Part shown: piece after piece, positions 1 to 7,971 of the stretch
How positions within the stretch are numbered: the stretch's first letter is position 1
Layout of the letters: the number at the start of each line of letters is the position of its first letter
NCBI GenBank assembly: GCA_963720505.1
Contig: CAVRFT010000006.1
Coordinates: 3,781-67,780, forward strand
Direction of reading: 5' to 3'
DNA length: 64,000 nt
Origin: an uncultured Chloroflexia bacterium
Lineage (GTDB): Bacteria; Chloroflexota; Limnocylindria; QHBO01
Program-made: the position numbers and the translations under genes
Notes under the pieces: generated by a model
Database searches by the model: none
The model's input: the letters and a program-made list of their open reading frames with translations, nothing else
What the model was told of the DNA's origin: nothing

Positions 1-259
1 CGATCAGGCGGACCGTGTGGGCCAGGGGGTCGATGACGTCCGGGTCCAGGCGCAGGGCGCGCGGCGTGATGGCCACCAGCTCGGCCGCGGTGACCGAGTC
101 ACCGCTGGCGTACAGCGTGACGCGATGGCCCTCGCGCACCAGCTCCTCGGTCAGGTAGGAGACGATGCGCTCGGTGCCGCCGTACATCTGTGGCGGAACG
201 CTCTCGGCGAGGGGAGCCACCTGCGCGATGCGCAGCCCCTGTCCGCGTGGTAGACCCAT
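1..259 (-). CDS. glycosyltransferase family 4 (GT-B fold), N-terminal part; gene continues past the left edge
   Basis: Not in the ORF track because it runs off the window. Reverse translation from ATG 259..257 gives MGLPRGQGLRIAQVAPLAESVPPQMYGGTERIVSYLTEELVREGHRVTLYASGDS..., a classic GT4 N-terminal lobe. Confidence 0.7.
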   Translation of the reverse strand, partial: MGLPRGQGLRIAQVAPLAESVPPQMYGGTERIVSYLTEELVREGHRVTLYASGDSVTAAELVAITPRALRLDPDVIDPLAHTVRLI

Positions 260-326
260 GGTGAGACCCCAATCGCATCCGGCGTGCCAGCCCCGGATCG
301 CCCCCGAGCCGCCCTCGTCAGGACCG

Positions 327-1676
327 ATGGGAGCCCGTGGTAGCCTTCCGGGCGGCCCCATCATCACACACGCGGAGACTTTCCCTTTGCCTGACATCCC
401 GATCGAGCGGCATCGCCTCGATAACGGCCTGAAGGTGTTGCTTTCCCACGACGACAGCGCACCGATCGTCGCCGTCAACCTCTGGTACGACGTCGGCAGC
501 AAGCACGAGAAACCCGGCCGCACCGGCTTTGCGCACCTCTTCGAGCACATGATGTTCCAGGGCTCGGAGCACGTCGCCAAAGGCGAGCACTTCGCCCTGG
601 TGCAGCAGGCAGGGGGCACCCTCAACGCCTCCACCTGGCTGGACCGCACCAACTACTTCGAGACTCTCCCCAGCCACGAGCTGGAGCTGGGCCTGTGGCT
701 GGAATCGGATCGGCTGGCCAGCCTGCTGCCGGCCATGACCCTGGAGAAGCTGGACAACCAGCGCGAGGTGGTCAAGAACGAGCGCCGCTTGTCCGTCGAC
801 AACCAGCCGTACGGCACCTGGGATGAGCGGATCCAGGCCAAGCTCTTCCCGGAAGGCCACACCTATCATCATCCGACCATCGGCTCCATGGAAGACCTGG
901 ACGCAGCCAGCCTGGAGGACGTGCGCGAGTTCTTCGCCACCTACTACGCGCCGAACAATGCGGTGCTGACGGTGGCTGGCGACTTCGACCGCGACGCGGC
1001 GCTGGCCATGGTGGAGCGCCACTTCGGGCCGATCCCTGCCAACGACAACCTGCCGCCGGCGCCCGACATGTCGATCCCGCCGCTGATCGGCCAAGGATTG
1101 CGCGAGGACGTTTCCGAGCGCGTGCCGCTGCCGCGCATCTACGTCGCCTATCGGATGCCCGTCTTCGGCAGCGACGCCTTCGACGACCTGTCAGTGGCCG
1201 GCGACATCTTGGGCATCGGCCGGGCATCGCGGTTGTACAGCCGCCTGGTCCGCGAGCGACAGCTGGCCCAGGACGTGAGCGTCTTCCCGTTCCCGATCGT
1301 GGGTGGCGCCTCGATGTTCACGATGTGGGCCACCGCCAAGCCCGGGGTCGGCGCGGATGAGCTCGAGACCGCGCTGTTCGCCGAGATCGACCAGCTGGCG
1401 GCCGAGGGGCCGACTCCCGTGGAGCTCGAGCGCATCGCCAACCTGCATGCCGCCGCAGTCGAGTCCAGCCTGGAGCGCATTGCGGAGCGCGCCGATCGGC
1501 TGTCGATGTATGCCTGCCTGTTCGATCAGCCTGAGCGCATCAACACCGAGGTGAGCCGCTACCTGGCGGTCGATGCCGGCCGCGTCCAGCGCGCCATGGC
1601 CGAGACGCTGCGGCCGGACAACCGCCTGGTGCTGACCTACCTGCCGGCCGAGGCGCCGGCCGAGGAGGCCGCCTGA
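327..1676 (+). CDS. M16 family zinc peptidase, catalytic subunit (HxxEH)
   Basis: ORF 165..1676. Contains the HLFEHMMFQGSEH inverted zincin motif and LDNGLKVLL near the N-terminus. Start is uncertain: ATG 327 chosen, ATG 258 is also in frame. Confidence 0.85.
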   Translation: MGARGSLPGGPIITHAETFPLPDIPIERHRLDNGLKVLLSHDDSAPIVAVNLWYDVGSKHEKPGRTGFAHLFEHMMFQGSEHVAKGEHFALVQQAGGTLNASTWLDRTNYFETLPSHELELGLWLESDRLASLLPAMTLEKLDNQREVVKNERRLSVDNQPYGTWDERIQAKLFPEGHTYHHPTIGSMEDLDAASLEDVREFFATYYAPNNAVLTVAGDFDRDAALAMVERHFGPIPANDNLPPAPDMSIPPLIGQGLREDVSERVPLPRIYVAYRMPVFGSDAFDDLSVAGDILGIGRASRLYSRLVRERQLAQDVSVFPFPIVGGASMFTMWATAKPGVGADELETALFAEIDQLAAEGPTPVELERIANLHAAAVESSLERIAERADRLSMYACLFDQPERINTEVSRYLAVDAGRVQRAMAETLRPDNRLVLTYLPAEAPAEEAA

Positions 1677-3034
1677 TGCCCGCCACCGTCAACCCCCTGC
1701 GCCCCGTAGCCGGCGCCCCGCGGCCCTACCACTTCCCCGACTTCCATCGGACACAGCTCGCCAACGGCCTGACGGTCTGGACGGTGTCCGTGCCAAGCGC
1801 CGCCGTGGTCAACGTGCACCTGCTCGTGGATGCGGGCGCGGCGGCGGAGGACGAGGCCCACGCCGGGGTGGCGGCCCTCACCGCCCAGCTGCTGGTCACC
1901 GGCACGCGGCGCCTGGATGCCGCCGCCTTTGCCGAGGCCACCGAGCGGCTCGGCATCGAGGTCAGCAGCGAGTCGAGCTGGGACTCGGCGCGCGCCGCCT
2001 TCCAGTCGCTGCCCGAGCACGCGGAGGACGGCATCGCGCTGCTCGCAGAGATGGTCCGCGAGCCGCGGCTCGACAGCGGTGAGTTCGATCGGCTCAAGGC
2101 GGAGCGCCTCGCCGACATCCTGCAGGCTCGCGCCGATCCCGGCCGCCTGGCCGACGAAATGTTCCTGCACCACCTGTTCGACGCATCCACGCCGTACCGG
2201 CGCCTGTCGGCGGGCACCCCGGAGACGGTGGAGGCCCTCACCCTGGATGACGTGCTCGCCTTCCAGGCCACGCACTGGGGTGCCGGCACGGCACACCTGA
2301 TCGTCGCCGGTCCGGTGGAGCCCGAGACGGTGGTGCAGGCCGCAGAGCGCCATCTCGGCGATTGGACGGGCGGACGGGCCGGTCATCGGACCTTCACGCC
2401 GAGAGCAGCCGGCGCCCGGCGGGTGGTGATCGTCGACCGGCCCGGATCGGTGCAGAGCGAGCTGCGCGTCGGGCACCTGGGCATCGATCGCCGCTCGCCG
2501 CGTTACTTCCCGGCCATGGTGCTCGGAGCGATCCTGGGCGGCGTCTTCGGCTCGCGCCTGAACCTGCGCCTGCGCGAGGAGCTGGGTTACACCTATGGTG
2601 CCCGGGCGGGATTCGACCCGCGTCGAGCGCCCGGTCCCTTCAGTGCCGCCACGGCCGTGCAGACTGAGGTCACCGCTGACGCGCTGAAGGAGGTGGTGGA
2701 CCTGCTGACCCGCGTCCGAGACGCGGCACCCGAGGAGTCAGAGCTCCACGAGGTGCGCGACTTCCTGGTGGGCGTCTTTCCGCTGCGGTTCGAGACCACC
2801 GGTGGCGTGGCCATGGCCATGGAATCGCTGGCCGTCTACGGCCTGGCGGACGACTACTGGCAGACCTACCGCGCGCACCTGGAGGCCGTCCAGGCGGACG
2901 ACATCCTGTCGGCGGCGCGCGACCTGTTGATGCCCGACCAGTTCCTGATGCTGGCCGTGGGCGACGCCTCGCAGATCCGCTCGACGCTGGAAGCAGCCAA
3001 CCTGGGACCGATGGAGGTCACCCAGGTCGACTGA
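1676..3034 (+). CDS. M16 family peptidase, non-catalytic partner subunit
   Basis: ORF 1676..3034 with an ATGA stop/start overlap with the upstream M16 gene. M16-like layout (LANGLTVW...) but no HxxEH motif. Confidence 0.85.
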   Translation: MPATVNPLRPVAGAPRPYHFPDFHRTQLANGLTVWTVSVPSAAVVNVHLLVDAGAAAEDEAHAGVAALTAQLLVTGTRRLDAAAFAEATERLGIEVSSESSWDSARAAFQSLPEHAEDGIALLAEMVREPRLDSGEFDRLKAERLADILQARADPGRLADEMFLHHLFDASTPYRRLSAGTPETVEALTLDDVLAFQATHWGAGTAHLIVAGPVEPETVVQAAERHLGDWTGGRAGHRTFTPRAAGARRVVIVDRPGSVQSELRVGHLGIDRRSPRYFPAMVLGAILGGVFGSRLNLRLREELGYTYGARAGFDPRRAPGPFSAATAVQTEVTADALKEVVDLLTRVRDAAPEESELHEVRDFLVGVFPLRFETTGGVAMAMESLAVYGLADDYWQTYRAHLEAVQADDILSAARDLLMPDQFLMLAVGDASQIRSTLEAANLGPMEVTQVD

Positions 3035-4180
3035 CCCCGCTTCCCGGTGCCTCAGCCCGTGGAGCCCAGCGCCTGCAAGGAGCCGGTCATTCTCGGCCGG
3101 CGCCCGGACCGTGATGCGCAGCCAGTCGCGCAGCGGACCAGCCGGATAGCTGCGCAGCGCCAGCCCCTGGCGCAACAGCATCTCGGCAATGGCGTGGGCA
3201 TCCGGCGGTCGCACCAGCAGGAAGTTGGCGAGCGAGGGCAGCACCTGCCAGCCAAGGTCGCCAAGGGCGGCGGCCAGGCGTTGGCGCTGCGCCACGATCT
3301 CGGCCAGCCGGGCGCGGGCGGCGGTGGGATCGGACAGGGCGGCGATGGCGGCCGCCTCGCTGGCGCCGCCGATGGCCAGCGGCAGGCGCGACGCCTCGAA
3401 GCGAGCGGCCAGCCCATCGGGCACGACCAGGTACCCCACCCGCGCGCCGGCCAGCCCGTAGGCCTTGGCCAGTGAGCGCAGGATGAGCAGGTTCGGGAGC
3501 CGGTCCTGCAGGCTCAGAAGGCTGGCGCCCTCGGGCGGCAGGTCCAGCGAGACCTCGGCCATCTCCTGGTAGACCGTGTCGACCACCACCATGGCGGGCA
3601 GCCCATCGGCCAGGGCGGCGACCTCGTTGGCGGTGTACCAATCGCCGGTGGGGTTGTTCGGGGAGCACAGCCAGACCAGCTTGGCGCCGGCGTGCTCGGC
3701 CGCCTCGCGGATGCGCCCGACCGGCTGTCGCTCGCCGGGGTCGTCACGGGCGACCTCCACCACGCCCGCACCTGCCAGGCGCGCCTCGACGCCGAACATC
3801 GCGAAGGTCGGAGTCGGGATGACCACGGTGTCGCCCGGGCCCACGGTCATCGTGCTGACCAGTCGGATCAGCTCATCGGCGCCAGCTCCGGGGATCACCC
3901 GATGGCCCGGCGCGCCGGTGACGGCCTGGATCGCGGCCCGCAGGTGACGGTAAGCCTGGTCGCCGTATTCGACCAAGCGGGCGGGATCGAAGGAGCGCAA
4001 GGCCTCGACCACGGCCGGCAGGGGGCCGCCACCCAGCGTGTTCATGTCGAAGCGAACCACCCGCTCCGGTGGCAGGCCGAGCTCCTCCGCCAGCTGCTCG
4101 TCCGACGGTTCGGCCGGGTACGGCTCGACGGCGTCGCGCAATCGCAGCAGATCGGTCGGCCGCGGCGCGGAGCCCGTCAC
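2738..4180 (-). CDS. class I/II aminotransferase, histidinol-phosphate aminotransferase-like
   Basis: SPNNPTG and SLAKAYGLAGARVGY (PLP lysine) motifs. As sequenced, the ORF runs 297 nt into the convergent M16 gene. Removing one base near 3078 gives ...APAENDRLLQALGSTG* ending at 3052, which I think is the real 3' end. Confidence 0.8.
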   Translation of the reverse strand: MTGSAPRPTDLLRLRDAVEPYPAEPSDEQLAEELGLPPERVVRFDMNTLGGGPLPAVVEALRSFDPARLVEYGDQAYRHLRAAIQAVTGAPGHRVIPGAGADELIRLVSTMTVGPGDTVVIPTPTFAMFGVEARLAGAGVVEVARDDPGERQPVGRIREAAEHAGAKLVWLCSPNNPTGDWYTANEVAALADGLPAMVVVDTVYQEMAEVSLDLPPEGASLLSLQDRLPNLLILRSLAKAYGLAGARVGYLVVPDGLAARFEASRLPLAIGGASEAAAIAALSDPTAARARLAEIVAQRQRLAAALGDLGWQVLPSLANFLLVRPPDAHAIAEMLLRQGLALRSYPAGPLRDWLRITVRAPAENDRLLAGAGLHGLRHREAGSVDLGDLHRSQVGCFQRRADLRGVAHGQHQELVGHQQVARRRQDVVRLDGLQVRAVGLPVVVRQAVDGQRFHGHGHATGGLEPQRKDAHQEVAHLVEL

Positions 4181-5668
4181 GCGCTGACGGTCGCCGGTTC
4201 GGCATCCCTGCCGTCCCCGGTGGCTGCGCCCCTGGGCCAGGCCAGCACGAACGAGGCGCGCGGCCGACGCTCCTCCAGGCGAACGGTACCGCCCTGCGCC
4301 TGCATGGCGGCGTTGACCAGGAAGAGGCCCAGGCCCAGCCCTCGGCCGGAGCTGACGCGCTCGTGGAACAGCACATCGGCCACCTCGTCGGGGATGCCCG
4401 GTCCGGCGTCGCGCACGCGCAATAGCGGGGCGTCGCGGCCGTCGATCTCGACGTCAACCGGTGCGTCGGGTTGCGAGTAGCGGTCCGCATTGGTCAGCAG
4501 GTTCGTGATCGCCTGCTCGGTCAGGCCCCGATCGCCCAGCACCAGCGGCTTGCCACGGGCTGCGACTCGCACCTCGCGTTCGCTGCCCTGGGCGCGCAGC
4601 CGCTCGACGCCGGCGTCCACCGCTGCGCGCAGGTCGAAGGGTTCCTGGCTGGCGTCCAGCCGCCCGGCCTCGGCCCGCGAAAACAGTTCCAGCCGCTCGA
4701 GGATCCCGATTGCCGCGTCGACGGATTCCAGCGCCCGCGCCCCATGATCGACGCCGCGACCACGGCTCATGCCCGCGATTGGCAAGCTCCATGCGCGCCT
4801 TGGCCACCGCCAGCGGATTGCGCAGCTCATGCGCCACGAAGCTGGCAAATCGCGAGAGGCGCCGTCGCTCGTCGACTTCCTTGCCAACGTCGCGCAGCAG
4901 CAGGACCGCGCCTCCGTCCGGCAGGGGCGTGCCCTCCACCTCGACAAGCAAATCGCGCCCTGACATCGGCAGGCGCACCAGGACGCGACTGCTCACCGGC
5001 CCCGATCGCGCGCGCAGCTGTGGCCACTCGTCGCGTGGCAGCGGCCTTCCCCCTTCGTCGCGCGGCTCGGCGAGGCGCGCCCACTCGTCCAGCGGCCGGT
5101 CGAAGAAGCTCCGCCCGAAGACCCGCAAGGCGGCGTTGTTGGCGAACGTGCCCATTCCATCGGGCCCGTAGACGATCAGCGGCTCCGGGATCGCCTGCGC
5201 CACCTCCGCCAGCCGCGCGCGCTCTCGGTCGACCTGCTCCAGGGCGTCGCGCACCTGCTGGCGGGCCGCATCGGCCGCCAGCCTGGCCTGGTTGGCGTGT
5301 TCCTCGGCCGCGCTGCTGGCCTGCCGGGCGGCGCGATCCGCCTTCTGCTGCCACTCCGACCGCAGCCCCAGCACGATCACCACCGGCGAGCCGAAGGCGA
5401 AGACCACTAGGCGCACGATGTCCGGCTCGGCCATCGTTTCGCCGGGCAGCGGCAGCGATGCGACCAGCAGGATCACGCCCGCCACGACATAGGCAATGAG
5501 CGCCGGGATGGCTCCCAGGCTCAGGCCGATAAGGGTGATGACCAGCACCACCAGGACGACGTAGGGCGCCGACTCGGCTGTGCTCGACGCCAGCCACAGT
5601 GACAGTGCTGCCGCCGCGCCTCCCGCCAGGGCGCCAAGGACCGCGTTGCGAATGCCCCGCCGCGTCAC
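4177..5668 (-). pseudogene. sensor histidine kinase (membrane N-terminus, PAS-like, HisKA, HATPase_c), frameshifted near 4780
   Basis: ORF 4454..5668 carries the TM segments and H-box FVAHELRNPL. ORF 4177..4947 carries ...FSRAEAGRLD and the ATPase motifs (LLTNADRYS, DAGPGIP, GLGLGL). They join as ...KARMELA|IAGMSRG with one extra base. Confidence 0.8.
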
Positions 5669-5682
5669 CTCAGCGGCGAAGC

Positions 5683-6906
5683 CTAGCGCACGCCCGCGGC
5701 GACAACGTCGGCGCGCAATGGCTTGTCGGCCAGGTCCGCATCCCGCAGCTGGGCGCGGCGGCCGGCCCTCTCCGCCGCCGCCGCGGCGCGCTCGCGCGCA
5801 CGAACCAGCCGGCGACGGGCGGCCGCAATGCGGCGCACCGGGTCGCCGCCGATCCGGCGGCGGTCCAGTGCCTGGGGATGATCACCGCGCGCGAGCGCCG
5901 CGAGCAGCGCGGAGGCGCGATCCAGCTGGCCGGCCTCGGTCAGCAGCTGAACGATGCTGAACCATCGCGCCGGCTCGGTGACCCGCTGGGACGCGACCCG
6001 CTCGACCACCTCCGCGGCTCGCCCGAAGTGACCGGCCCGGCGCAGCGCCATGATCGTGGCGCGCACGTCCGGGATCCCGGGCTCCATGTCGAGCGCCTCC
6101 AGGTAGTTGAGCAGCAGCTCGGCGGCCTCCGCGCGATCCTCCACGCTGCCGCGCCGCACGCGCTGGTCGCGAAACTCGCCGAGCAGCGCCCTCAGCTCGC
6201 GGTCCACCCATCGGCGCTGGCTGCTGTTGGCGGGATAGCGTTCGGCCATCTGGCGCAGGAAGCCGATGCCGCGCAGGTACATGCCGTTGCTGACGTACGC
6301 CGCTCGCAGGTCCGCCTGTACCAGTGTGTCGAACGCGTCTTCCAGCTTGACCAGCCGTTCCAGCGTGCCGATCCAATCCTCGCTGCTGCCCCGATCCCGG
6401 TAGTAGCCGGCCGCGTAGCGCAGCCAGTAGCGCTCGCTGTGGGTGCGCCAGTCCTCGCCGGTGATGTGGTTGGCCACGATCCAGGCGTTCTGGACGCTTG
6501 GGCCTGCCATGAAGACGTCGGCGGGGACGCGGAAGCCGGCCACGTTGCGCCACTGGGGCTGGTGCCAGCGGCTCGGAGGCTGCTCCGCCCGCGGGACTCT
6601 CCGCCGCCGAGCGGGTGCCGGCGTTTCGTCCGCCTCCAGCGGCCAATCCAGTGTCGCCGCCATGCCGCGCTCGAGGTCGTGGTCGTAGTGCAGCCGGCGC
6701 AGCGGATCGCGCAGCTCTCGCCAGGCCCGGTTGAGGACCGCGGTGCGGCGGGTCGCCAGCTGGCTGGCCGTGGCGCGGTCGGGATGGTGGCGCAGCACGG
6801 CGTCGCGGAAGGCGGCGCGCAGCTCGGCGGACGTGGCGGAGGGCTCGGCGCCCAGCACCTCGTAGTAGTCGCGCTCCTCGGTGCGTGCCTCGCGTTCGAC
6901 GGCCAT
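5683..6906 (-). CDS. J-domain (DnaJ-like) protein with a helical-repeat C-terminal region
   Basis: In-frame ATG 6906 inside ORF 5683..7947. Sequence MAVEREARTEERDYYEVLG...LRHHPDR contains the HPD motif. About 300 aa of helical sequence follow. The upstream part of the track ORF is antisense to cphB. Confidence 0.75.
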   Translation of the reverse strand: MAVEREARTEERDYYEVLGAEPSATSAELRAAFRDAVLRHHPDRATASQLATRRTAVLNRAWRELRDPLRRLHYDHDLERGMAATLDWPLEADETPAPARRRRVPRAEQPPSRWHQPQWRNVAGFRVPADVFMAGPSVQNAWIVANHITGEDWRTHSERYWLRYAAGYYRDRGSSEDWIGTLERLVKLEDAFDTLVQADLRAAYVSNGMYLRGIGFLRQMAERYPANSSQRRWVDRELRALLGEFRDQRVRRGSVEDRAEAAELLLNYLEALDMEPGIPDVRATIMALRRAGHFGRAAEVVERVASQRVTEPARWFSIVQLLTEAGQLDRASALLAALARGDHPQALDRRRIGGDPVRRIAAARRRLVRARERAAAAAERAGRRAQLRDADLADKPLRADVVAAGVR

Positions 6907-6912
6907 CCGGCG

Positions 6913-6918
6913 AGGATA
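6913..6918 (-). promoter_or_regulatory. candidate -10 box (TATCCT on minus strand) 6 nt upstream of the J-domain ATG
   Basis: Minus strand reads gtcgTATCCTcgccggATG. The intergenic region shared with cphB is only 66 nt and has no Shine-Dalgarno sequence. Confidence 0.35.
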
Positions 6919-6956
6919 CGACGCCCGCGCCCTCGCCGTCCGGGTGGGCGCGACGG

Positions 6957-6962
6957 TAGACT
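6957..6962 (+). promoter_or_regulatory. candidate -10 box (GGTAGACT) 10 nt upstream of the cphB ATG; near-leaderless
   Basis: Sequence cgacGGTAGACTgcggcgcgacATG. The same GTAGA(A/C)T motif recurs before three other first-in-operon starts. Confidence 0.4.
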
Positions 6963-6972
6963 GCGGCGCGAC

Positions 6973-7971
6973 ATGCCTCCAACCGAGCGGACCGGCGGGC
7001 CACGCGCCGGGCACCTGCTGATCATCGGCGGCGCCGAGGACAAGCTGCGACAGCGCCAGATCCTGTCGCGCTTCGCCTCCCTGGCCGGCGGCGCTGACGC
7101 TCGCGTGGCGGTCATCTCGACGGCATCCTCGCTGGGCGACGAGGCGACCGAGCTGTACCAGTCGCTCTTCCGTTCGCTGGGCATTCCCGAGGTACACGGC
7201 CTGCGGCCGATGACGCGGGACGACGCCAACCTGCCGGCGGCAATCGAGGCGGTGCGCGATGCGACGGGCATCTTCATGACCGGTGGCAACCAGCTGCGCC
7301 TGTCGAGCGTGATCGGCGGCACCGGGCTGGGTCGGGCGATCATCGATCGCCATCGGCACGGCGTGATCGTGGCCGGCACCAGTGCCGGCGCATCGGCCAT
7401 CAGCACCCACATGGTCAGCTTCGGCACCAGCGGATCGACCCCCAAGCAGCGGATGACCCAGATGAGCGCCGGGCTGGGCCTGCTGCCGGGCGTGATCATC
7501 GACCAGCACTTCGAGCAGCGGAACCGCATCGGCCGGCTCCTGGCGCTGGTCGCCCAGTCCCCCGCCCTGCTGGGCATGGGCATCGACGAGGACACTGCCG
7601 CCCTCGTCTCGCCGGCGGGGATGATGGAGGTGCTGGGCAAGGGATCGGTCACCATCCTGGACCCGGCCAAGCTGCAGACCGATGCCTACGAGGTGAAGCG
7701 CCACAAGCCGATCATGGTCAGCGGCGTGATCCTGCACTCGCTGCCATCGGGCTATCGGTTCGACCTTCGCAAGCGGCGCCTGCGGGCGCCCCTGCGCCCG
7801 GTGTCGGCAACCGATCGTGAGCTGGCCCGCATCGCCAGCGCCTCGAACGTCACCCGTCGCCTGATCCGCCGTATCGCAGCCGAGGGCGCCGACGACACGG
7901 CCCCCGAGCGAAGCGCCCGGCGCCGTCGCGCGCTGAGCGCACGTCATCTCGACGAAGAAGCGAGCGAATGA
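6973..7971 (+). CDS. cphB: cyanophycinase (peptidase S51)
   Basis: C-terminal 332 aa of track ORF 5599..7971, from ATG 6973. Motifs LLIIGGAEDK, GIFMTGGNQLRL, VAGTSAGASA (GTSAG nucleophile) and IDQHFEQRNRIGRL. Confidence 0.9.
   Translation: MPPTERTGGPRAGHLLIIGGAEDKLRQRQILSRFASLAGGADARVAVISTASSLGDEATELYQSLFRSLGIPEVHGLRPMTRDDANLPAAIEAVRDATGIFMTGGNQLRLSSVIGGTGLGRAIIDRHRHGVIVAGTSAGASAISTHMVSFGTSGSTPKQRMTQMSAGLGLLPGVIIDQHFEQRNRIGRLLALVAQSPALLGMGIDEDTAALVSPAGMMEVLGKGSVTILDPAKLQTDAYEVKRHKPIMVSGVILHSLPSGYRFDLRKRRLRAPLRPVSATDRELARIASASNVTRRLIRRIAAEGADDTAPERSARRRRALSARHLDEEASE

Noticed and set aside
5599-6972. N-terminal 458 codons of the 790-aa plus-strand track ORF 5599..7971, and many similar long ORFs (318..1094-, 7944..9983-, 12513..13892-, 14392..15468-, 15311..16780-, 25757..27559-, 31990..33195-, 36676..38154-, 58966..60504+, and others)
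   Set aside because: They are Arg/Pro/Gly/Ala-rich antisense or off-frame shadows of recognisable genes, as expected in 70% GC DNA where stop codons are rare. They show no family motifs. In each case the opposite or alternative frame carries a clear protein family.
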